Part shown: positions 28,738 to 41,578 of the stretch, in pieces
Numbering within the stretch: the stretch's first letter is position 1
Layout: every line of letters begins with the position of its first letter
Assembly: GCF_006345805.1 (NCBI RefSeq)
Contig: NC_043006.1
Location: forward strand, 40,300,001 to 40,364,000
Direction: 5' to 3'
DNA length: 64,000 nt
From: Octopus sinensis
Lineage: Eukaryota
Made by a program: the position numbers and the translations under genes
Notes under the pieces: model-generated
What the model was told of the DNA's origin: nothing
The model's database searches: none
What the model saw: only the letters and a program-made list of their open reading frames with translations

Positions 28738-29754
28738 ATGTGTGTGTGTATACACATACACACACACCAGGAAACTGGTCCTATGCTTCCTACAGAGTAA
28801 TGTGGACTAACCCATTTCACATAACATAAGTGGTAGAGCAAGGAGTCGCATGGCATAGGGGCTAGGGTGTTGCACTCATAATCGCAAAATCATGGACCAG
28901 GCAGGGCATTGGGTTCTTGAGCAAAGCACTTTATTTCCCATTGGCCCAGTCCACTCAGCTGTACATGAGTAACAACCCTGTGATTGAATGGCATCCCATT
29001 CAAAGGAACTGTTGTTATCTTATTTATACCCCTTGGAAAACAAGTAACTAGTTCCATGAGTTCTTGGATTCAAGACGGTAAAACAATGTGAAACAATTGG
29101 TAAAACTCCTCACAAAGTTCCCAATGGTACTTAGACAGGTGCCATTATATTGTGAGTTCAAATCCTACTTGAGTTAAGATTACTTATCATTCCCCCAAGG
29201 CTCATACTCTCCCACAAAACTTCTAACCTTGTACAGCACAGTTGTAACTGTGTGGTTCACAAATGTGTTCCAAACAACATGCTCTCAGGTTCAGTCCCAC
29301 TGTGTGGCACTTTGAGCTGAATAAAATCTTGAGAAGAGATTAGTGAATGGATTTCAGAAACTGAAAGAAGCCCATTGTATTTGTATGTTTGTATATGTGT
29401 ATATGTTTGAGTCTTCTTATTGACACCACACAGTAGACGTAAACGAGTGTCACTGACCTACAAGCAGTGTCCTTTGTTTTCAATCTTTTGTGAAAACACA
29501 TCTGCCCATGAGGAAATATTATTTTGCTCAGAAACAGGTGAGAGTTGGCAACAGGAAGGCCAGCTGAACATAGAAAGTCCACTTCAACAAATTTCCTTTA
29601 ACCCAGCTGTTACCAACGTTATTGCACTCGCGACCCCTTATGCAAGAGCTTGAAACCCAAGCGACCACCTACTATCAGCAGCTTGATTTACATTTTAATC
29701 AATTAATATTATCCCAAGCCACTTCTCAACCACATAGTCATGTTTGTATATATA

Positions 29755-29788
<34 letters not shown>

Positions 29789-32700
29789 ATATATATATAT
29801 ATATATAATATATATATATATTATATATATATATATTACGGAGATGTACTCGCATAGCAAGTAATCTGATCTGAGATCGTGTGCTGAAACGAAAACAATT
29901 GCAGCGTGGAAGGTGTTTATAAGCCATTTAAGAAACACAGACATATATATATATATATATATAAGCAAATAATTATAATAATATAGAATCTGGAGACTTG
30001 TTCATCCTCAAAAATTATTTCTTTTTATTTTACAATTCCATACAAAATATATATATATATATATTACAGTTCTATATTTAAGAGATGAGGAATTATGTAC
30101 ATTATTTACATTGGACAGATATTTGTCCTCATCTTGTTTGTTATTAACACAATGTTTCGGCTGATATACCCTCCAGCTTTCATCAGGTGTCTTAAGGAAA
30201 TTTCGAACCTGGGTTCTCATTCCTAAGGTATTTTTCGATGTTATTATTATTATTACTATTACTCAGGTCACTGCCCAGAATCGAACTCGGAATCTTGGGA
30301 TTAGTAGCCCGCATTCTTAACCACTACGCCATATGCCCACGGGCATTCCAAAGTTGTCTGGAGGCCATGGTTGAAGCCAATGGTGATTTTATTGAATAAT
30401 TTACTCTTTAGTATTTCAAAATATTTTAATGTAATTTTGGTAAATATATCTGTTAAAATGAGATGTCAGTGTTATTTTCATTTTTATGTAATTTAGACAA
30501 TATATTCAGTGGGAGCTAATGCAGTTTCACACCTCTCCTTGAAAAACGCATTTTTTTGAAAATATTTTTTCAGATTCCTACGTTTTAGATGTTGGAGATT
30601 ACGAATATGCAAAAAAAAAAATTTACGATTACTCTTTTACTTGTTTCAGTCATTTGACAGCAGCCATGCTACAGCACCGCCTTTGGTCAAGCAAATTGAC
30701 CCCCAGGACTTATTCTTTGTAAGCCTAGCACTTATTCTATCGGTCTCTTTTGCCAAACTGCTAAGTTACGGGGACGTAAACACACCAGCATCAGTTGTCA
30801 AGCAATGTTGGGGGGACAAACACAGACACACAAACACACGTGTGTGTATATATATATAAAGGGTTTCTTTCTGTTTACCAAATCCACTCACAAGGCTTTA
30901 ATCAGCCAGAGGCTATAGTAGAAGACACTTGCCCAAGGTGCCACACACTAAACCCAGAACCATGTGGTTGGTAAGTAAGTTACTTACCACACAGTCACTA
31001 GTTAAGGCAAACACAAGTAAAACGCAAATTCTTTTCACTTTGATGTTTTAGTCTATATTTAATTTCAATTTGCATATGTTCATCAATTCACTACAATTTC
31101 TTCCAAATAAACAAAATCAAAATTTCATATTCGGAGGGTGAAATGTAAAAAAATTCATTTCTTTGCATATTCATAATCTCCAACATCTAAAACGTAGGAA
31201 TCTGAAAAAACGTTTTCAAAAACGCGCATTTTTCAAGAAGAGGTGCAAAACTGCATTAGCCCCATTCACTGCGCCCTGTATATATAATGTCTTTCAGTTA
31301 TGCTACATGTGCAGAGTAACTAAGGCACATACCCATCATATAAAGATTTAAAGAAAAACTAAAACAGGAGAAATGTTAAGAATGTAAGACAAACTTCCTT
31401 GCCAGAGCAATTCACAGATATTCACTTACCTCATATGTATCATCAGACAGAGCAAATGTCATCCAGACATTGTGAATTCGACCTGTAGCCATACTCATTT
31501 CCACCTCTACGACATTGTCAATGCTCTTCCAGGTTACGATGTACTTGCAGTTCAGCTCCCAGCATCCTGCTGGTTCCCGATAGCAACCACGAGTCTTGCC
31601 ACAGTCGGCTGTATTGATCTGCTTCGTTAAGGGAACAATGTTCTGAAATATGGAAAATTGGGGTGAAATTAATATACCGTATATATTCGAGTGATAGACA
31701 AACTCATGCAAAAGTCAACCTCCTATTTTTGGCCAAAAAAATTGGGAATTTTCCATAGAACCCATATAAAAGTCGACCCTAGTATTTCACAAACAACAGG
31801 ACAACATTTGTGGGTCAAGATACCATACTGTCCCCTACGTAGAATTAACAGTTACAAAATTGTGTGGCTACCTTACTGTAGCCTGCTCTATGGGTGGAAT
31901 GCTTATAAAGGAATGCTCGGTGCTTATAGTAGGAGCACTCCATCGGTTGCGACGACGAGGGTCCCAGCTGATACAATCAACAGAACAGCTTGCTCATGAA
32001 ATTCACATGTAAGTGGCTGAGCACTCCAAAAATACATGTGTACCCTTAACATAGTTCTCGGGGAGGTTCAGCGTGACACAGGGTGTGATAATGCTGACCC
32101 TTTGAAATACAGGTACAACTCATTTTCGCCAGCTGAGTGGACTGGAGCAACGTAGAATAAAGTGTCTTGCTCAAGAACACAACGCGTCGCCAGGAATTGA
32201 ACTCACGATCTTATGATCATGAGCTGAATGCCCCTAACCACTAAGCCATGCGCCTTCACCATTTAATAACGAGCACTACACATCTGTTGATGGGTGCTGC
32301 ATTACCATTACTAAAATGTGAAAATGTATGCACAGGATATGCTGCAAGTACTATAAACATACACTTGTTGTTTACATGGTAAGAAACGTGTTTCACAGAC
32401 AGCACTATTGACAAACACTGGCAAATGCCACAGTCTGAATTCATACAAAGGCATGACATTGGTAAGCCTAAAAATCATTCAATTAATCATTGGATCAGTG
32501 GTTGCTATGCAACCTTTATATTTTCCTCATTTCCAAATCCAATAAACACATGTGTCATATGCTTGTTGTTTACATGGTGAGAAACATGTTTTACAGACAA
32601 CACTATTGGTGAACAATAGCAAACACCACTGTAGGAATTCATACAGAGGCATAACTTTGGTAAGCCTAAAAAACATTTAGTTAATCACTAGATCATTGGT

Positions 32701-35700
32701 TCCCAAACTTTTTTTTGCCACAGAATCCTTCGACATTATTTTTAAAAACATGGAACCCCTGATAACTTTCAGGGAACTCTGGGGTTTTGCAGAACACATT
32801 TTGGGAATCCCTACTTCAGATTAACAACTCTACACCAGATCATGGACATTTACTGGTAACTGCACACGAGAGCAATGCGGTCTTTCTTATGGGCTTTGTT
32901 ATTTACTAGGATGCGTGTTTTGAGGCATAGAATTGGTAATATTACTGTAATTCATAGTTTTTGTTTTTATTCGTTTAAAGATGAGCTGGGCTTCTGCTGC
33001 AGATATGGTACCTCGGATTCTGGCTTGAATTTCAGTCCCTCAAAAGTAGTTATCTATGTCAAAGTCAACCCCATAAATTCAAGCTTAAAAAAATGGTCCA
33101 AAAGATTCAACTTTTACACTTTCTATGATATATGTAGCCTTGCTTATCACTGATCCCAGATCCCAGTTCATGAGTTCACTGATCCCAGATCGTGAGTTCA
33201 CTGATCCCAGATCCCAGTTGTGAACCACATTTTATGACTGTTAATCCACTAGCCCAGATAATCCTCGATTGCCTCAATTTACCTGAAATTGAAGCAATAA
33301 GATTATATTTATAATTTGGCTTGCCATAAGGATTGAACTGGCAATACAATATAACCCGGTTATATTGTATATAACACTTATTGATAAGTAACTGGCACTA
33401 CCAGTAGTTATGACAATCAGAGTTCCAGTTGATCTGATCAATGGAAGAGCCTGCTCGTGATATTAACGTGCAAGCAGCTGAGCACTCCACAGACATGCGT
33501 ACTCTTAATGTAGTTCCCAGGAAGATTCAGTATGACACAGAATGTGACAAGACCGGCACTTTGAAATGCAGGTTCTACTCATTTCTGCCAGCTGAGTGGA
33601 CTGGAGCAATGTGAAATAAAGTGTCTTGCTTAAGAACACGAGATGCCAAGAATCAAACTCATGGTCTTATGATTTGTCAGTCAAATACCCTAACCACTAA
33701 GCTACATGCCTTTATGGGCTTACTCTTTTACTTGTTACTTGTTTCAGTCTCTTTTGCCAAACCGCTAAGTTACGGGGACGTAAACACATCAGCATCGGTT
33801 GTCAAGTGATGTTGGAGGACAAACACAGACACACAAACATATACAAACACATACATATATATACGACAGGCTTCTTTCAGTTTCCGTCTACCAAATCCAC
33901 TCACAAGGCTTTGGTCGGCACGAGGCTATAGTAGAATACACTTGACCAAGGTGCCATGTGTTTGGTAAGCAAGCTACTTACTACACAGCCACTCCTGTGG
34001 CTTATTGATAATTATCATGAAAATGTATAAATATGTTATACAAGAGAAAGAGAGAGAGAGAAAGACAGAGAGGACTGTGTATATGTGATTAAATCAATCA
34101 TTAACCTCCAACTTCTCTTTCTTTCTTTCTCTCACTCTCTGTAGATACTAATGCATAAAGTAGGCACTAACGAGTGGGTATAATTAAAATGTTGCAGAAA
34201 TAATTAAGCAGTAGCAAAAAAAAAAAGAAAAAAGAAATTAAAAAGCTAAAAAAAGAGAAAGCTTCAACCTGTTAGAAATAACAGCCAAATCTCTCCCAAA
34301 TTCCATCTGGCCATCTTAGAAAAGAACATGTTGGATAATGTGCAACCCGGTTTCCCTGTTCATATGAAAAAGACACGATGGTCATGGCTGGGATGCCTTT
34401 GATCATGTGTCTCTTTGATCAAGGATGATCTGGAAACTAAACAGCAACCATAACAACACAACATGGTGACAACAAAGAAATGAAACCAAAATTAAGAACT
34501 TATAAAGTTGCTCACCTCTTGGGGTACTTTTGGTACAGGTAGGTCCTTAGTGTGGTCAAGAACTGTTGCTGACCTTTCTCTAATCCAGAAGGTTTGGTAG
34601 TCTCTTGATATGGTAAAGCTGCAAAAAAAAAAACCACAAGATATCTCATAAAGATTCTTAAATGTTATGTTTTACCATTAAAATGGTTTGTCTAAATATA
34701 ATCCAAAAACGTGAGCAATTTTTTTTTTTCTGTTTTGTTTGCAACATGGTCATGTGGTTGAGAAGCTCGCTTTGCTAACATGTTTCAGTTTCAATTCAAC
34801 TACATGGCAACAGATGCAAGTGTCTTCTACTTCAGCCCCAGACCAACCGATTCCACATGGGTTGATTTGGTAGGTGAAAACTCAAATAAGTAGAAGACAC
34901 TTGCCTGAGGTGCCACACAGTGGGACTGAGCCCAGAACCATGTGATTGGGAAGCAAGCTTCTTATTTCTTCATTGCCCACAAGGGGCTAAACATAGAGGG
35001 AACAAACAAGGGATTAAGTCGATTACATCGACTCCAGTACGTAACTGGTACTTAATTTATCGACCCCAAAAGGATGAAAGGCAAAGTCAACCTTGGAATT
35101 TGAACTCAGAACGTAACGGCAGACGAAATACCTATTGCTATTTCTTTACTACCCACAAGGGGCTAAACACAGAGGGGATAGACAAGGACAGACAAATGGA
35201 TTAAATCGATTACATCGACCTAAGTGCATAATTGGTACTTAATTTATCGACCCCGAACGGATGAAAGGCAAAGTCAACCTTGGTGGAATTTGAACTCAGA
35301 ATGTAACGGTAGACGAAATACCTATTTCTATTTCTTTACTACCCACAAGGGGCTAAACACAGAGGGGACAAACAAGGACAGAGAAATGGATTAAGTCAAT
35401 TACATCGACCGAAGTGCATAACTGGTACTTAATTTATCGAGCCCGAAAGGATGAAAGGCAAAATTGACCTCGGCAGAATTTGAACTCAGAACGTAACAGC
35501 AGACAAAATACTGCTAAGCATTTCGCCCAGCGTGCTAACGTTTCTGCCAGCTCGCAAGCTTCTTAACACACAGCTATGCCTGCAACTATTATTCTTACAA
35601 AGCATGAAACAAATAAAACTTCCCAAAATGGTCAATGTAAAGAATGCAATACTTACAGAAAATAGATATGGCCAACATACTTGTCCGCACTCCAGAAAAA

Positions 35701-38700
35701 GGTGATATTTGATAATAGTTTATTGTTGATCTTCACATAGCCATCCTGGAATAAAAAAAAGCCAAAGAAATGATAGTTGCGTTGTCATTTGGCACAGGCC
35801 CACAGTCATGCCTATACTCTTCCTCCCACAAGAACAACATTATCTAAACCAGCGCTTCTTAAATTCTTTTTATTCATGACTCCGTTTTTCATCATGAGGT
35901 TTTTGTATGTAAAACATACAAATAAACACATAAATCATTTATTTTTTTGCTGTACAATATATTTATAAAAAAAGTAGTTATATCATTTGCCAAAATTAAA
36001 ATTAGTTATAGGATTTGTTTTAGATATAAAAATAAACCAAAGTAAAAACCAATGTGGTGGAGGCACATGGCCTAGTGGTTACAGCAGCGGACTCGCGGTC
36101 GAGGGATCGCGGGTTCGAATCTCAGACCGGGCAATGTGTGTGTTTATGAGCAAAACACTTAAGCTCCACGTGACTCCAGCAGAAGGTAATGGCGAACTTC
36201 TGCTGACTCTTTCGCCACAACTTTCTCTCACTCTTTCCTCCTGCATCTTAAAGCTCACCTGCGACGACCAGCGTCCTGTCCAGGTGGGGAACCTATACGC
36301 CAAGGAAACTTGGAAACCAGCCCTTATGAGCCAGGCGTGACCCGAGAAGGAACAAACAAAAACAAAAAACAAAGTGACAGCTGTGCTTGTTTTTTGCTGC
36401 ATAAGCGAAATTAAACCTTGGTGTAATATTTGGCACTGCTGGATGTAAAGCATCTTCAACATGATGCATCACGCTAAATATTGTGCATTTGTGAAATAAC
36501 ATATGAACTGAAATTCAAATGTTTGAATTGAATTTTCGCAACCCCAGCATTTCGTCTTGCAATCCCATTTGGGGGTCATTTCTTAAACTTTTTTCATTCA
36601 TGACCCCATTTTACATCACAAGATTTTTCATGACCCCCAGGTATTAAATATACATTTGTGAAATAACATATGAACTGAAATTCAAATGTTTGAATTGAAT
36701 TTTCGCAACCCCAGCATTTCGTCTTGCAATCCCATTTGGGGTCATTTCTTAAACTTTTTTCATTCATGACCCCATTTTACATCACAAGATTTTTCATGAC
36801 CCCCAGGTATTAAATATACATTTGTGAAATAACATATGAACTGAAATTCAAATTTTGAATTGAATTTTCGCAACCCCAGCATTTCGTCTTGCAATCCCAT
36901 TTGGGGTCATTTCTTAAACTTTTTTCATTCATGACCCCATTTTTCATCACAAGATTTTTCATGACCCCCAGGTATTAAATATACATTTGTGAAATAACAT
37001 ATGAACTGAAATTCAAATGTTTGAATTGAATTTTCGCAACCCCAGCATTTCGTCTTGCAATCCCATTTGGGGTCATTTCTTAAACTTTTTTCATTCATGA
37101 CCCCATTTTACATCACAAGATTTTTCATGACCCCAGTATTAAATATACATTTGTGAAATAACATATGAACTGAAATTCAAATGTTTGAATTGAATTTTCG
37201 CAACCCCAGCATTTCGTCTTGCAATCCATTTGGGGTCATTTCTTAAACTTTTTTCATTCATGACCCCATTTTACATCACAAGATTTTTCATGACCCCCAG
37301 GTATTAAATATACATTTGTGAAATAACATATGAACTGAAATTCAAATGTTTGAATTGAATTTTCGCAACCCCAGCATTTCGTCTTGCAATCCCATTTGGG
37401 GGTCATTTCTTAAACTTTTTTCATTCATGACCCCATTTTACATCACAAGATTTTTCATGACCCCCAGGTATTAAATATACATTTGTGAAATAACATATGA
37501 ACTGAAATTCAAATGTTTGAATTGAATTTTCGCAACCCCAGCATTTCGTCTTGCAATCCCATTTGGGGGTCATTTCTTAAACTTTTTTCATTCATGACCC
37601 CATTTTACATCACAAGATTTTTCATGACCCCCAGGTATTAAATATACATTTGTGAAATAACATAAAAACTGAAATTCAAGTGTTTGAATTTAATTTTCGC
37701 AACCCCAGCATTTCACCTCGTGATCCCAAATGGGGTTGCAACCCACAGTTTAAGAAATGCTGATCTAAACACCCAAAATGCTATCCAATACAGTGCATGT
37801 GTGAACTTGCATGTCAGTGCACACATGCATGCATGTCTATGTGCATTCAAATACTCAAAGCACACAGTGAACATATACAACACATTCAGGATACATACTG
37901 AGCACAACATACTCAAGATACATAGTGAACACAATGCACTCGAGGCACACAATGAATACTACACAATGCACATAGTGAACACTACACAATGCATGCAGTG
38001 AACATGATATACTCAAATACATAAGGCACGCAGTGAACACAATATATTCAAACCGTGAATACTACACAACACATATAGTGAACACAATATACTCAAGGCA
38101 TATAGTGAACACTACACAATGCATGCAGTGAACACAATATATTCAAATATTCAATGCACACAGGATACAGTGAACACAATACATTCAAATATTCAAGACA
38201 CTCAGTAAACACTACAACACATTCAGGGCATACAGTGAACACATGAACTTCAAAGATAGTGCATAGTGAACAGATCATCATTTGACATCCCCCCTCCATG
38301 CTGGCATGGGTTGGACAGTTTGATAGGAGCTGACCAGGCTGAAGGCTGCACTAAGCTCACTCTACCCTGCCATGGTTTCTATGACTGGGATACAGTGAAC
38401 AGTACTAAATATACTCAGGTACAAGTGAGCACAATATACTCAAATGCTCAAAGCACACAGAAACTTCACAACACACTCAAGACACACAGTTTATACCCCA
38501 CACAACATACTTGGGTCATATGGTGAATATACAAAACACACCTGAATCGCATGAGATTACACCACTCAACATACGCCATATGGTGGCCACTTGTGGTACT
38601 CCATCAGTTATGACGACGAAGGTTCCAGTTGATGCAATCAACAGAACTGCCTGCTTGTGAGGTTAACGTGCAAGTGGCTGAGCACTCCACAGACACATGT

Positions 38701-40939
38701 GCACTTAACATAGTTCTCAAAGATATTCTGCAGGACACAGAGTGTGACAAGGTTGGCCCCTAGAAATACAGGTACAACTCATTTTTGCCAGCTGAGTGGA
38801 CTGGAGCATTGTGAAGTAAAGTGTCTTGCCCAAGGACACAACACACCACCAGGAATCAAACTCGTAATCTTACGATCTTGAGCCAAGCACCCTAACCACT
38901 AAGCCACTACACAACACATTCAGGCCACATACGATCACCGTGCAACAAATTCAGGTTAGGTGGTGAACACATAGGAGTCCAATCTATTTTAAGCACAAAT
39001 AAGAAAAACAATTTTAAAAAGTGAAAACATCAAGAGAATACTTACACCTGACACTTCTTTACAATTCTGGATCATAACCTCTCGTTCAGCACCCAAGAAT
39101 GTGCCCTGGGGCCCGTTATCATTACCAGAAAGTTTCCTGGCTACAATCTGTAAGTCTTGAAATTTACTGCCATCTATAGATGACACAGTCACTGAAAATA
39201 CAATGTTTATATACACATAAGTTTACCACTTTTTAAAATTATCTCTACAGATTTCTTTACAGAAATTAGAGCCAACGCTGAAAGTTACATTTTGTATATG
39301 AATACATTTACGTAAACAATGCGATCGAAGATAGAAAAATAGATAATGGGTAATATATAAACATTTCAGGAGTTCTTGCTCCTCCTTCGGTGCTACATCC
39401 AACCATTAACCAACCACAAACACATTGCTTAAATAACAATAAAATTTAATAGTGTAACACCATTGGAGATACCAGTTTTACATATTAAACACATTTCTGG
39501 CAGCTGGTACATACACATTAATTACTGGTAGATACACTGTATTTCAGTTTGCAATCATAATATACTATCAACTATAAGGCCGCAAGCTGGCAGAAACATT
39601 AGCACACTGGGTGAAATGCTTAGCGGTATTTCATCTGTCTTTACGTTCTGATTTCAAATTCCGCTGAGGTCAACTTTGCCTTTCATCCTTTCGGGGTTGA
39701 TAAATTAAATACCAGTTGCATACTGGGGTCGATCTAATCGACTGGCCACTTCCCCCAAAATTTCAGGCCTTGTGCCTAGAGTAGAAATGAATATACTATC
39801 AACTATATTAAGCCTTTCATTACTGTATTTCTGTTGAAATGCTCTGTCATCATCATCGTTTAGCGTCCACTTTCCATGCTAGCATGGGTTGGACGGATTT
39901 CTGTTTCTTTCAATTAATTTTGAATATAACAAAGAATTTAGTAAAATAACTTAGTTATCATTCAGCTAGTGTTAGGAACATAAATTGTGACTAAGGTTTG
40001 GTGGAAGATTTTAATTCAGAACTTTTGAAAACAAAACATTTGTACCACAGAGCCAGAAGTGGTTTCAGCCAGGTTTGTATCAAAAGGGTTCAGAATTGTT
40101 TCTCTATTATATATTTTAAACCTTTTGTTACCATATTTCTGTTGAGATGCTCTGTGTTTCTTTCAATTAATTTTAAATATAACAAAGAATTTAGTAAAAT
40201 AACTTAGTTATCATTAAGCTAGCGTTAGGAACATAAATTGTGACTAAGGTTTGGTGGAAGATTTTAATCCAAAACTTATGAAAACAAGACATTTGTACTA
40301 CAGAGTCAGAGATGGTTTCAGCCGGGTAGGTATCAAAAGGGTTAAATGCTTTACGAGCCATTTCATTGTATGTTATCTCAGAGGTTATAGCGTCAGGCTC
40401 ACAATCATGAGGTGGTGAGTTCGATTCTCAGACCAGGCTGTGTATTGTGTTCTTGAGCAAGACAATTTATTTCACATTGCTCCAGTTCACTCAGCTATAG
40501 AAATGAGTTGCAATGTCACTGGTGTCATAGCTGCACTGGCTTTTGCCTTTCCCTATGATAACATCAGCTGCATGAAGAGAAGGGAGAGTAGTGTGCATGG
40601 GTGACTGCTGGTCTTCCATAAACAACCTTGCTTGGACTTGTGCCCCAGAGGGGAACTTTCTCAGTGCAATCCCAGTCATTCATGACTAAAGGGGTCTTTA
40701 CCCATTTTTACAGATTACATAATTTTTCCTTTTAACTTTTACATATTTTTATAGCAGGGTGCCCTACTTATCGCTAACTACTCAACAGTGAAGGACAATT
40801 TTGAAGCTTGTTATGTTTGTTTCTTTCTTTGTGCAGTCAGGCAAACCGATTCTGCATGCTCAACCTAGTTTGCAGGATTAATAAATTTATCAAGCAGCAG
40901 TCCTAAATTCATGTTTGAGTGATTAAGCATTTATTTCAG

Positions 40940-40975
<36 letters not shown>

Positions 40976-41535
40976 TATGGGTTGGCCCAAAAATGAATGT
41001 AGTAATTTTTGTTGAATGTTTGTCTTATCTGTTCATTTTGGCGGTGTGGTAAGTAGCTTGCTCACCAACCACATGGTTCCGGGTTCAATCCCACTCCAAG
41101 GCACCTTGGCCAAGTGTCTTCTACAATAGCCTTGGGTCGACCGAAGCCTTGTCAGTGGATTTGGTAGATGGAAACTGAAAGCCCATCTTGTACAGTTGCT
41201 GCCAAAATGTTCAGAACGGCATTGTTTTCGTCAGAAAAGTAGGTATAAGTTTTTATCAAAGTTGTTTTATATTCTATAATTTTCACAGACAATCAATACG
41301 ATATTAATTGTTATTGTCTGAGATTTTGATGTAATTTGAGAGGATAATACAAAAGTTATGGATGATTTAGTAATTTACTGCAATATCCTCCCAAATTACA
41401 CCAAAATCTCAGACAATAATTATTAATATCGTATTTATTGTCTGTGAAAATTATAGAATATAAAACAACTTTGATAAAAACTTATACCTACTTTTCTAAC
41501 GAAAACAATGCCATTCTGAACATTTTGGCCGCAAC

Positions 41536-41578
<43 letters not shown>

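Larger units (their letters stand above)
35850..37762. mobile_element. hAT-type non-autonomous element with nested SINE and internal satellite
   Basis: TIR CAGCGCTTCTTAAA / TTTAAGAAATGCTG; perfect 8-bp TSD ATCTAAAC at 35842-35849 and 37763-37770. Confidence 0.85.

Noticed and set aside
36058-36135. tRNA gene candidates (also ~62840-62915 and other SINE heads)
   Set aside because: A/B boxes are present, but there is no proper acceptor stem and each continues into a repeated SINE body.
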